From positions 228,408,001-228,472,000 of the forward strand of contig OZ024743.1 of NCBI GenBank assembly GCA_964016885.1: a DNA stretch of 64,000 nt, in the 5' to 3' direction. This document shows positions 15,072 through 26,532 of this stretch, one piece after another. The position numbers were made by a program, and so were the translations under genes. Position 1 is the stretch's first letter. Every line of letters begins with the position of its first letter. Source of the stretch: Eledone cirrhosa. Its lineage: Eukaryota. The notes beneath the pieces are model-generated. The model worked only from the letters and a program-made list of their open reading frames with translations. It ran no database searches and had not been told where the DNA came from.

Positions 15072-15302
15072 CCCTTACATTACCATATTTCTAATGAATT
15101 CGCTTGAAAATCATCAAGAATTTGGAGTGATTAAGTAATGTAAAGAGAGCTTTTTCATTATTAAGCCAGTGTTTTGGAACATAACTTAAGGAAAGGTTCT
15201 TTAAAGAATATTATAATTCAAATCTAATCAGGGACATTTTAAAATGAATACCTTTTCAACATAGAAGCAGGGTCACTTTTGGACATTTTAGTATCAAAAG
15301 GG
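15072..15302 (-). mobile_element. piggyBac-like MITE, family 1
   Basis: GTAA|CCCTTACATTACC ... GTATCAAAAGGG|TTAA; body similar to the 5535 and 30814 copies in reverse orientation. Confidence 0.6.
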
Positions 15303-16678
15303 TTAAGTAATGCTAGTGAGAGAAAAAGAGAGAGAAAGATGGACAGACCTCACAGACATACAGATAGCACATAGAATAACAAACAGACAAGAATAAGATG
15401 GAGAAAGACAAGCAGAAAGATAGAAGACTGACAGATAGACAGACACATAGTACAGAGAAAAACAGACAGATAGCATAAAGGCAGAAACAGATACATAGAG
15501 AAAGACAGACAGATGGCATAAAGACAGGCACAGTTAGTATAGAGAAAGACAAGCAGACAGATATGATAAAGAAAGACAAACAGACAAGCAGACAGACAGG
15601 CAGAGGGATGGATGGACAAAGATGATTAGAGAAGAGCCAAAGCTGGTGGAAATTATTTTGCTCAGTGTTTGTGGCTAGCATTGAGTGGGAGAAGTAGAAG
15701 AAGGGTTAACAGTAAAGGTCTTATAGACATAACAGAACTTAATGGGAAGCCTAATTTGACAGTTTCAGAACCTCCAAGGATTTGCAAGGTTCATATATTT
15801 GGGCAGAGAAGGGGTAGGGAGGGGCCCGAAATGTGGAGCTGATGGCAAAGAAGGCAGGATAGGGATGATGAGTCTTGCTAACTAACATCCCTAGAAAATT
15901 CTGAGTTACCAGCATTAAAATATAATAAAAAAAAAACACACGTACACACAAAATTTACACAAAAATACATATATACATGCACACACAGACACACAGACAC
16001 ACATATACATGCACATTCACAAAATATCCAGATAGACTAACACATGCACACACACACACACAAAATAACCACACATAGATAGATACATACACACATACAA
16101 AATAACACACAACCACACAACCATGTATATACAAAATAGCCACATACTTCTACATACACAAAATGAACACTCACACACACACTCACACCCTAAATATCCT
16201 CACTCATATGCATGCAGACATACATATACATACTGTACCAACGACCTTGACAAAGGATTAACTTTAGAAATTGTCCTGAAATTTACTGTAGACATAAAAC
16301 ATTGCAAGTTGTCTGTTATTGCTATATAATCCAAGTATTGTGAGCTTTTAGAAGAGAAATAGATCCAGGGTGCCACTCTGCTCCCCCTCATCAGCTCAAA
16401 AGTGAATCAGGAGTCGTAAAACTTTGTCTCCTCTTCTTTTATTCTTTTATTACTTTTTGTTTTGTATTTATTTTCATTTTTTTCCTTTTGTTATACTTTA
16501 TTATTCTTTTAATCAGACTTATGAGAATATTGTGATCCAGGGTGGCTTAAGGAAAGCTACATCTACAGCCCACCTCCCTTGTGCATGTTTACCCTCCCAC
16601 ATACATATGTACATACATAGACACATACCAGCATGGAAAGCATACATAAAATTATCTTAAATACATACAAACACACAC

Positions 16679-16721
<43 letters not shown>

Positions 16722-17631
16722 TATACACACACATATACAACTATACACAGAGACATATACTGCAGTCAATGGAATTCTTCCAGGAAGACAAAGAATACAA
16801 AGAAAATGTGGGTAAGATAAGTGACAGACACATACCAATACAGGTATTAAGAGATATACCACTGATAGACATTCTCATAAAAATAGATGCTATGAGTGAG
16901 TAAAACTGGGATGTACATACACTACACCACATCACCAATATTTAAGGCTTGTATTTCTGTATGTATATGTGTGTGTGTGCGCGTACGCATACTTACATAC
17001 ATACATGTGAATGCACATGGCCTGTGGTTACTGTATTGGACTCGCAATCCTAAGATTGTGTGTTTGTTTCCTGAACTGGGTAGATTGTTCTGTTCTTGAG
17101 ACACTTCATTCACATTGCTTTTTATGGTAGACACCCAACAAACAAATGAGAATCAATCTTTTAGGAGACTAACTAAACTTACAAGGTAAAGCTGTAACAT
17201 TTAATTTTTCTATTTTTCACATACACATTCATATCTCCAACACATAGAGACCTATATGTATGTGTATGAGTGGTGTGTGAATGTGCATCCATATGTGCAC
17301 GTACATGTATGCACATATACATAATTATACAATATGTGATGTCTACAATACTGACAGACTTATATCTATGTATAGTATATCCATCTACATATGTGTATGT
17401 GCATATACACATATGCACATACACTAGTTCTTTAGCTGCATCTACACATACATAAATCTACCCACCATATAGATGTGCAGTAAAAAGCCTGCCGGAGACA
17501 GTTCTGTATGACTGAGACACAGTCTCCTGACCAATTTCGCCTCAAGTGGGACAAAACCATCCAACCCATGCTTGCATGGAAGATGAACGTTAAACGATGA
17601 TAATGATATGCATATATATATATATGTATGT

Positions 17632-19046
17632 ATGTCTCATGGTCGGGTCGTTGACGACTAAACTGGCAACCCCACCAAGGTTTCTTGGTGAGGAGGGTGA
17701 CTTTGGACATCCTGCAGGACTAAAAACAAAACCTGTCAAAGGGCAAAGGAGCTCTTAAGAGTCAATGGCCATCCAAAATCACCGGGAGAGATGACCCCTT
17801 AGCCTTTGTCAAGGCAGAATTCTAGGAGAAGGAAAACTCTGATATAACACCTGCAACCCTGATGGTATCCAATGATGTTGACTTGTTCTTCTTTTTGGTA
17901 AATATCATCTTGGTTAAGAGAGTGGGACTGGCTTTGTGCAGTGCCTTTTCTCACTATAAAAGCTTCACGGCACAGGCATTGCTTTATATCTGGAGATCTC
18001 TCTGCACTTGTCATCACATGGTACCATGCACCCAGCACTATGTGTCAATAATTGTCACAAGTGTAGCGTTTGTACCTACCAGAGTTTTCAAGTCGCTGGC
18101 TGGACTAAAAATTCACACTCGTTCAGCGCATCGGTAGGGGTTCTCCTACATATAAAGTAGTGGCCGTACTCGAAAACGAGTTGGCAGCCACCATGTATGT
18201 ATGTATGTATGTATGTATGTATGTATGTATGTCGTCACATGGTACCATGGGCCCAGCACTATGTGTCAATAATTGTCAGAAGTGTAGTGTTTGTACCAGA
18301 GTTTTCAAGTCGCTGGCTGGACTAAAAAGTCACACTCGTTCAGCGCATCGGTAGGAGTTCTCCTACATGGATCAGTTGGTGCTACTGGTAACATGTATCC
18401 CAGTACAACCTGTCTCATGGTCGGGTCGTTGGCGACTAAACTGGCAACCCCACCAAGGTTTCTTGGTGAGGAGGGGGACTTTGGACATCCTGCAGGACTA
18501 AAAACAAAACCTGTCAAAGGGCAAAGGAGCTCTTAAGAGTCAATGGCCATCCAAAATCACCGGGAGAGATGACCCCTTAGCCTTTGTCAAGGCAGAATTC
18601 TAGGAGAAGGAAAACTCGTCAACACATGGTACCATGGGCCGAGCACTATGTGTCAATAATTGTCACAAGTGAAGTGTTTGTACCAGAGTTTTCATGTCGC
18701 AGGCTGGACTAAAAAGTCACACTCGTTCAGCGCATCGGTAGGTGTTCTCCTACATGGATATAAAGTAGTGGCCATACTCAAAAACGAGTTGGCAGCCACC
18801 ATGTATGTATGTATGTATGTATGTATGAATCTGGAGATATCTCTGCACTTGTCGTCACATGGGCCCAGCACTATGTGTCAATAATTGTCACAAGTGTAGT
18901 GTTTGTACCAGAGTTTTCAAGTCGCTGGCTGGACTAAAATGTCACACTCGTTCAGCGCATCAGTAGGGGTTCTCCTACATGGATATAAAGTAGTGGCCGT
19001 ACTCGAAAACGAGTTGGCAGCCACCATGTATGTATGTATGTATGTA
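17632..19046 (+). mobile_element. Concatemer of RTE-clade LINE pieces: two 5'-UTR-like segments and four 3' ends, three ending in (TATG)n tails
   Basis: A ~207-bp segment recurs at 17632-17838 and 18411-18617, ending CTAGGAGAAGGAAAACTC (RTE 5'UTR-like). A ~200-bp 3' segment recurs at ~18010, 18231, 18618 and 18828. It encodes CxxC..RVFKSLAGLKSHTRSAHR*, an RTE C-terminal zinc-finger-like motif, and three copies end GCAGCCACC(ATGT)n. Confidence 0.7.
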
Positions 19047-19058
19047 TATATTATATAT

Positions 19059-19404
19059 GGAGGCACATGGCTTAGTGGTTAGAGCATTGGCCTTGCAATC
19101 GAAAGGTTGTGAGTTCAATTCTCAGACCAGGTGATGTGTTGTTTCCTTGAGCAAGACACTTTATTTCATATTGCTCCAGTTTACTCAGCTGTAGAAATGA
19201 CATGATAGGGACTTGGGTCCCTATCATTCCACTGCAAAGTGGTCGTGGTGGTGCCACGGCAAAAAAGCACCCAGCACTCACTGTAAATGAGGTTGGTGTT
19301 AGGAAGGGCATTCAGCTGTAGAAATCAAGCCAGAATCAGTCCCCGTCCCACCCTTGCAAGCAGGGAAAAGTGGACGTAAAATGAAATGATGATGATGATG
19401 ATGA
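19059..19404 (+). mobile_element. Full-length tRNA-derived SINE, family A
   Basis: A-box TGGCTTAGTGG, B-box GAGTTCAATTC, internal hairpin ATGATAGGGAC/GTCCCTATCAT, and tail GGAAAAGTGGACGTAAAATGAAATG(ATG)n. Near-identical copies lie at 19871 and 63241. Confidence 0.9.
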
Positions 19405-19420
19405 TATATATGCATATATG

Positions 19421-19500
<80 letters not shown>

Positions 19501-19507
<7 letters not shown>

Positions 19508-19574
19508 ATACTTGGGGAGGGTCATATTTGTGTAATATTGCCAGAATTAATAACAGAACACACTCACTGTTTGG
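19501..19574 (+). mobile_element. Short copy of the TTGTTATACTTGGGGAGGGTCAT module
   Basis: Starts directly after (TA)n and aligns with the reverse complement of 44352-44435. Confidence 0.65.
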
Positions 19575-19709
19575 TTGGTTTTCGCTTTTCGCTTCTGTGT
19601 CTTTTATATCGGTAATCTAATTTATTCGGTCCTCAGTGTTGCCATTGACTGACCAATGGTAAAAAATAATACAGATACAATATAGACACAAACAGATATA
19701 AATAGTTTA

Positions 19710-19749
19710 TCAAAGTTCTTTCGTTGCACATCTGCAACATTGTCAGTGG
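19710..19749 (-). ncRNA. Degenerate minimal hammerhead ribozyme
   Basis: Minus: CCA CUGACAA U GUUGCA-GAUG-UGCAAC GAAA GAAC UU UGA. Stem II is a perfect 6 bp, but G8 is changed to A, loop III is not palindromic and stem I is weak. Confidence 0.4.
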
Positions 19750-19870
19750 TGCTATTGTTTCCTCCCGTTACATTGTATTTTCTACGCCATCTTTATTTAG
19801 TCTGTTTATATATTTATTTATATGTTTATATAAACAGACTAAATAAAGATGGTGTATATATATATATATA

Positions 19871-20219
19871 TTCATTTCATTCATTTCATTTTACGTCCGC
19901 TTTTCCCTGCTTGCAAGGGTGGGACGGGAACTGATTCTGGCTTGATTTCTACAGCTGGATGCCTTTCCTAACACCAACCTCATTTACAGTGAGTGCTGGG
20001 TGCTTTTTTGCCGTGGCACCTCCACGACCACTTTGCAGTGGAATGATAAGGACCCCAGTCCCTATCATCTCATTTCTACAGCTGACTAAACTGGAGCAAT
20101 GTGAAATAAAGTGTCTTGCTCAAGGAAACAACACATCACCCGGTCTGAGAATTTGAGAATTGAACTCACAACCTTTCGATTGTAAGGCCAATGCTCTAAC
20201 CACTAAGCCATGTGCCTCC
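19871..20219 (-). mobile_element. Full-length tRNA-derived SINE, family A (convergent with the 19059 copy)
   Basis: Reverse complement of the 19059 copy with several substitutions and a short internal duplication (TGAGAATTTGAGAATT). Confidence 0.9.
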
Positions 20220-20222
20220 ATT

Positions 20223-20253
<31 letters not shown>

Positions 20254-20625
20254 CACACACACAGATTTCCATACACAAACACACAGAGTTATAGCCCTGA
20301 AAAGAAAGGGATGAGAGAGAATAAGATTGAGCATACATACTTACATATATGCTTGCTTTAAAACTGCTCTCAGACACACACACACATACGTACACACTCA
20401 CTCACAAACACATACACATACACACACGTGTATGTATAGATATACAGAGACATATGCGTAATTTCCAAAACACAAGCACTGAATTACCTTTAAAATGCTC
20501 CGGAGAACACACAAACACACACTCTTGTTGGAGGCTAGGGAGAGCAAGGGACAATAATAGAAGCTCTAAGAAGGAAAGCAGTGTCAAACAGTAAAAGAAA
20601 GAGACTGCAATAATAATAATAATAA

Positions 20626-20666
<41 letters not shown>

Positions 20667-20782
20667 TCAATTTAAAAAAAGATGTAGTTGTGGAAGAGAC
20701 TTGATCTATGTGACAACTTGATGTTAACTTCAGAGACAGAGTACACCATGTACATACTGAGCTATTCCCTCTTTTGACATGG

Positions 20783-20814
<32 letters not shown>

Positions 20815-21481
20815 CCATGAGTGAACACTCACACATACATACACAAAGAGATGGCAAATGCACACACACACACATACACACTCCATGAGATGACAAGCAC
20901 TCACACCATGAGGAGATACACACACTCTCTCTCTCCAAGATAGGACATAAACACAGACTCCAAAATGACACACACACACACACACACACATGCACACACT
21001 TCAAGATATGACAAACACACACACTCAATGAGGGTATGTGCACATACACACTCTCCAAGAGGGGGAAGATACACACACACAAACACACTATCCAAGAGAT
21101 GATAATACACACACCAAGAGAGGACAGGGAATGTTTATGTCAACTGGAAACAACTGAAATGTCCAAAGGCACAAATCGCTTGATATTTTATTGAATCAAG
21201 CAGAACCCAGCCAGCCAACCCCCAATGCTAGGATGCCAGTGTAAAGGATAGAAAGGTAGTAGATGGTAAATGGACATAAAGGGGTGCAGGGGACAATGAA
21301 CAGCAAAAGAAACGAGAAACTTTACAAAGAAGAAAATTGTAAATATCATTTCGGACATCTCTATATATGAGTTGAGGAGACATGTTACTTATATTGCCAG
21401 CCAAAAGAGTTACCAAAACTATTCTCTCATTCTTTTAATGGAAATAATGATTATATATATATATATATATATAGTTAAAAG

Positions 21482-22020
21482 TTAGACGGGAAAAAAACAG
21501 AGGCAGTACAAATAAGAGTTTATTAGGTTCACGCTTTTGAGAGGGGTGGGGTGGAGGGGGGGGGGACGTTTCGGGCATAAGACCTTCATCAAGAGAAAAG
21601 TGGGTAGGAAGAGAGTTCCGAGGGTGTGTGTGGGAGTGGTGGAAAGACGTTTAGAAAAAAAAAAGGGGGGGGGGCAGAAAAGGGAGGAAAAACGATTGAA
21701 GTACAAACAAAAATAAACATAAAAATAAACAAGTGGTTGAAGGGTGTGAGGCGTGTAGGGGTGGTGGCGGGTGGAGTTGAGAGAGGGAGGCGGGGGGTCC
21801 GAGCGGGGAGGGCTGAAGGTGGTGTTTGTGTATGTTGGTAGGTGTACGTGTCTGTGTGTGCGTGCGTGTGGATGGAGAGGGGTCAGAGGGGTGGGGGAGG
21901 GGTATGTGGATTTCGGAGGCTGAGTGTGTATATGTGGGGATGCGCACATGTGTGTTTGTATTTATAAGTGGTTCGAAAAAAATGTGAGTGTTTGTTTGTG
22001 GGTAAGTTCCTAAGGTAGTT
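21482..22020 (-). mobile_element. Penelope-like element 3'/pLTR remnant with degenerate hammerhead core (21565-21595); G-rich on the plus strand
   Basis: Minus: TTGATGA AGGTCTTATGCCC GAAA CG TC, followed by GCGTGAACCTAATAAAC, similar to the tails after the cores at 22203 and 59765. Confidence 0.5.
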
Positions 22021-22109
22021 TTATATCATCATCATCATCATCATCGTTTAACGTCTATATATACACACACATAATATATGGCTGACTGAACACACGTGCA
22101 GTTTCTAAA

Positions 22110-22280
22110 AAAATAAAAAAATAAAAATCCTTTCCGTTTCTTTCTCTTCCCATGCTCCTCTATCTTTGTATTTTTTTTTTGTATTTCTCATTCTATCTCC
22201 AACTGACGGAGGAGCGTCCAAAACGTTAAGACTCTTTTCCTACTATAACAAACATTAAACTAATATATATCTTCATTGTT
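22110..22280 (+). mobile_element. Penelope-like pLTR remnant with degenerate hammerhead core (22203-22231)
   Basis: CTGACGG AGGA GCG TCC AAAA CG TT AAGA ... ATTAAACTAATA; homologous to 59761-59830. Confidence 0.45.
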
Positions 22281-22462
22281 GGATTGGCAGTATCGGTAGA
22301 GGGTCGGACGCCATGCTTTGACGCATAGAGTTACCGCCCTTGCCATTCTGAGTTCAAATCCCGCCGAGGTTAACTTTGCCTTTCATCCTTACGGGGTCGA
22401 TAAAATAAAGTACCAGTAATGTACTGGGTAATTTCTGGCCTTGTGCCAATAGTAGAAACAAT
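22281..22462 (+). mobile_element. SINE family B (tRNA-like head plus GCCGAGGTTAACTTTGCCTTTCATCCTTACGGGGTCGATAAA core)
   Basis: B-box GAGTTCAAATCCC. More than 10 related copies occur in the window, e.g. ~1990, 10570, 11700(-), 26630, 31140, 44610(-), 57835, 59400 and 61770(-). Confidence 0.85.
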
Positions 22463-22890
22463 TATATCATTTGTTGTTTTGTTTTCTATTTAGTTCTTAC
22501 ACATGCACACAGTCATACACACACTCACAATCACACATAAAAAAAATATATATATATGGGATGGGCCTTTGTTGGTTTCAAAATTGCTGTGCTTAAGTTG
22601 TCTGCTCAAAGTAACGACTTGCTCATGAATTTAAGTATTTCAGCATTCCATAGACATGTATGCCCTTAAATGTATTTCTGAGGGAGATTCTGCATGAGTC
22701 AGTTTATAATAAGTTTGGTTCTTTGAATTATAGATACATTCAATCCAACGAACTTCAAAATAGTTTCTCTCTATCCAATTTCACTCACAAGACATGGGTT
22801 GATCCAAGGCTATGATGGTAAATGACACGTGTCCAAGATGCCACACACTAGGACCAGACTTGGCTCTTGATGATTTTAAAGCAAAACTTA

Positions 22891-23285
22891 TACTCAAGGA
22901 TCTCGAACATTCATCCCTACACCACTTATTAGTTTTTCAGATTTTTTCCAACCCCACTGCTTATAAAATTTTGCTAATCTATCTCTGGTGGAATTTTATT
23001 TTAAGTGGTAGTATTCCTGTGACAACTAATTTATTTAGGCATTAAAAAACATTATACATGACAAAAAAATGTACATTACTAGAAATCCCATACCTTATAA
23101 AATAATTAGAATGGGTTGGGGTCTCAATATGTAAACTAAACAACTAATTCTGATTTTTAAGAAAATCCTAGACAACCTAGAAAATTACCATTTTTCCAAC
23201 CCCACTCTCCCACTTATTTTAATTCCCTCGTTTATTCTGACACCCCACTTATTCCAACCCTCCTATTATTTGGAACCCGAGAGTA
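22891..23285. mobile_element. Possible degenerate TA-flanked DNA transposon/MITE
   Basis: The right end TATTATTTGGAACCCGAGAG|TA weakly mirrors TA|CTCAAGGATCTCGAACA; internal TTTTTCCAACCCCACT repeats are present. Confidence 0.35.
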
Positions 23286-23346
23286 AATACTGTATATATG
23301 TGGATACATTATACATACATGTACACAAATATAATAGAAATATGCA

Positions 23347-23475
23347 CTTCAGTGGTATATTTGATTTGTGTGAGTGAATTGTTAGAGAGTGCATCATCAT
23401 CACCATAGACGTTAAACGATGATGACGATGCACTCTCTAACAATTCACTCACATAGATCAAATATACCACTGAAG
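23347..23475. repeat. Inverted repeat (~55-bp arms) centred on a SINE/LINE tail GACGTTAAACGATGATG
   Basis: CTTCAGTGGTATATTTGA...GTGCATCATCATC pairs with GATGATGACGATGCAC...TCAAATATACCACTGAAG. Confidence 0.9.
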
Positions 23476-23766
23476 ATGGATGCAGTGGGATTTGAACTCA
23501 GAATGCAAAAAGCCAAAATATAAGACCACAAGGTATCTAGTCCAACACAAACTAAGACTATTCTTTCAATCCACCATATCAAACTTGTTGTTTATTTATG
23601 AACACCAGAAAGATGTGAGGCAATGGTTATATGTATACACATGCAAACACATACACATACATATACACATATATGCATACATATAAATAGGCACATATAT
23701 ATATATACACACGCATATATATATATATATATGTATATATATACACATATATGTATATATATATAT

Positions 23767-23813
<47 letters not shown>

Positions 23814-23844
23814 TATATAATTATATATACATACATATATACAT

Positions 23845-23877
<33 letters not shown>

Positions 23878-24881
23878 CATATGTATTTATATATATATAT
23901 AAATATATATACATTCATATATATACACCACATACATATATACACATGCAAATATACACTCACACACACACATATATATGCATATGCATATATATATATA
24001 TATATACACACAGCCACCCACAGATAGACATATACACTTTCCTTTATTTCCTATATATATACCATAAACATACTAATGGTTGGACATTAACACCTCCATC
24101 AAAAAGAAAAACAAACAGAGAAAGACATTAACTCTCACCTGTATCATCATATGTACATTTATGGAGAAACACATGTTCAGACAATGGCTATGTACAGACA
24201 TATATACCCACACCTATCAGTTTGGGTCTACTTATATGTCTATATACAATATGCGCACATACAAACACATACATGCATATATACATAAACAAGCAAACAT
24301 ATACAAATACACATATATATATATACACATACATCAACATATATACATATATGCTGATGCATGCATCAACACACACACACATATATATATGTACATGCAT
24401 CAACACAAACAAACATATACATTACATAATACATACATATACACATGCACATAAACATATATTTATATATATATACATGTCTACACACATCATCATACAT
24501 ACATGAGTAAATGCACACAAGCACACACAAAAACACACAAATACACAGAGACAGACACAAAACTTGCTTGCAAATTCAATGGGCCTTTTACTAGTCTTTA
24601 ACAAAAAAACAGCCAGATAACATTCAGATGGTCGCAATAAATGAAGGGCTGAAACTTTCTAGAATGGATATTTTGCACAAGAAGGGGGTCAGTGAGGAAG
24701 GAATGGGGAGACATTAAAGCAGATAACTATTGATAATATACTCACATAAACACACACACAATATTTATATATATATATACACATATACATGTATATATAT
24801 ATATATATATAGAAAAAAAGATGAAATCGAAAATGCAACTGGAGTCTTATTTAAAAAAAAATATATATATTTATTTGGTTC

Positions 24882-24917
24882 CTTTACCGGTTTCGCAGTT
24901 CTTCTGCTTTTCAAAAG
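24882..24917 (-). ncRNA. Minimal type-I hammerhead ribozyme, U3:A8 variant
   Basis: Minus: CUU UUGAAAA GCAG-AAGAA-CUGC GAAA CCGG UA AAG. Stem I is CUU/AAG, stem II is 4 bp, loop III is the palindrome CCGG, and the cleavage triplet is GUA. Confidence 0.6.
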
Positions 24918-25044
24918 TAGAGTTGAGATGGAGGGTCTGTGGTTTTTCTCACATCTGTGATGTGAGAAAAACCACAGACATCTATATCTATAATTCAAAC
25001 ATCTGTGATGTGAGAAAAACCACAGCCCCTCCATCTCAACTCTA

Positions 25045-25080
25045 CTTTTGAAAAGCAGAAGAACTGCGAAACCAGTAAAG
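25045..25080 (+). ncRNA. Mirror hammerhead copy (loop III CCAG, palindrome broken)
   Basis: CUU UUGAAAA GCAG AAGAA CUGC GAAA CCAG UA AAG. Confidence 0.5.
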
Positions 25081-25409
25081 GAACCAAATAAATATATATA
25101 TATTTTTTTGAATAAGACTCCAGTTGCATTTTCGATTCCATCTTTTTTTCTTTATACTTTCACTCATGTAGGACACCGATTATTTTTCATTTTGTAAAAA
25201 AAACCTCACTTTCTAATATATATATATATATATATCTTCATCATCAGCAGCATTTAACGTTCATTTTCCATGCTAGCATGGGTTATACAGGTTGCCCCAT
25301 TGTGAGACAAGCCAGATTTGATGAGCATGACTTGCTCATACAAGACTGGTTTTGGCTTGGCTTCATAGATTCGAAGCAAATTATTGAATGAGCTAGTAGT
25401 ATTTGTTAA

Positions 25410-25630
25410 CCCTTTAGCATTTAAACTGACCATATCCGGCCAGAATTCCCTTGCCTCTTTCTGTTGAAACTGGTTGTAATTGGCCACTCATACTGATGTT
25501 AAGGTATTGTTCTCAAAATAAATGATATCAAAATCTCATAGCTTCCATATTATGTGAGTTAATTATGTGAGGTAAAGTGTTTACCATGAAAATATAATAG
25601 TAAATATAGAGTAATGTAAATGCTAAAGGG
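25410..25630 (+). mobile_element. piggyBac-like MITE, family 2
   Basis: TTAA|CCCTTTAGCATTTA ... TAAATGCTAAAGGG|TTAA: perfect TTAA TSD and TIR. A second copy is at 43305-43520. Confidence 0.85.
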
Positions 25631-26032
25631 TTAAGCTAACAATCTTCGTTTTAGTCCATCGAAGTCAACAGCGACATACCTATTTATGGCAGCTTGACAG
25701 TGGAAAATCCAGGACAGGGCCCATAGAGTTGACCACAGATGTACTCATGCTGTACTTATGGACAAGATGGTCAAACATTGTGCCTATCTCTGTTCACTGC
25801 AACCTAAACAGTAAAGCTTAGCTAGTTGAAAGGGGCACTGACTGGTAAGAGACTACTTTTATTTGCAGGTCCTTGACTAACATTCTTAAACACATACATA
25901 CCGATGAAATAAGTACTAGACTTAAATAAATAAATACTGAGTCAATATGATTGTGTAAAGCAAGGTGATACCTCAGAATGACCACAGTCTAATCACTGAA
26001 ACCAGTCAAAGTATAAATGTGTGTGTGTGTGA

Positions 26033-26120
<88 letters not shown>

Positions 26121-26129
26121 TATATATAT

Positions 26130-26532
26130 ATCATCATCATCGTTTAACGTCCATTTTCCACGCTAGCTTGGGTCTGGATGGGAATTGTCCCACTTAGGCA
26201 TTATTGGTTGTCTTGCTCAGGACTGTCTGGCGGGTTTTCTACGGCTGGATGCCCTTCCTAACACCAACCACGTTTACAGTGTGGACTGGGAGGTTTTTAC
26301 CATGTTACCTACACGGCCACATTACAGTGTGGACTGTGTGTTTTTTTTGTCGTGACACCTACACGACCTCATTTATTTAGGACTGGATGTTGTGGTACCA
26401 ACATAGCTTTACATCGAAAGGGGTGGTGTAGATGGCGGTGGGAGTAGGGTTGGGACGGGGGTGTATTTTGGTTTAGAGATGCCTACTGACTGTAGGTTTC
26501 ACTTTGTACTTAGGCAAGGCGGGTCTTCTGTA
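26130..26532 (-). mobile_element. SINE/LINE 3' portion, family C, with (ATG)n tail
   Basis: Reverse complement aligns over ~400 bp with 55989-56396. Confidence 0.8.

Larger units (their letters stand above)
24811..25216 (+). mobile_element. Fold-back mini-element in (TA)n: ~145-bp inverted arms (24811-~24955 and ~25007-25151), each with a hammerhead core, plus a ~65-bp unique 3' tail
   Basis: The arms are near-perfect reverse complements, with (TA)n at 24792-24810 and 25217-25235. Confidence 0.8.

Noticed and set aside
17765-17830. HDV-like ribozyme in the RTE 5' segment
   Set aside because: Only one imperfect stem (GGCCATC/GATGACC) was found; the nested double pseudoknot could not be assembled by eye.
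18160-18354. C2H2 zinc-finger gene fragment
   Set aside because: The motif is followed by a stop, a short UTR and a (TATG)n tail in multiple copies, so it is better explained as an RTE LINE C-terminus.
19059-19130. tRNA genes at SINE heads
   Set aside because: A and B boxes are present, but there is no full cloverleaf and the sequence continues into SINE bodies.
19501-19530. TGTTATAC... as an LTR start (TG..CA)
   Set aside because: Longer copies at 8.8 and 30.4 kb extend past this point, and no paired LTR, PBS or TSD was seen.
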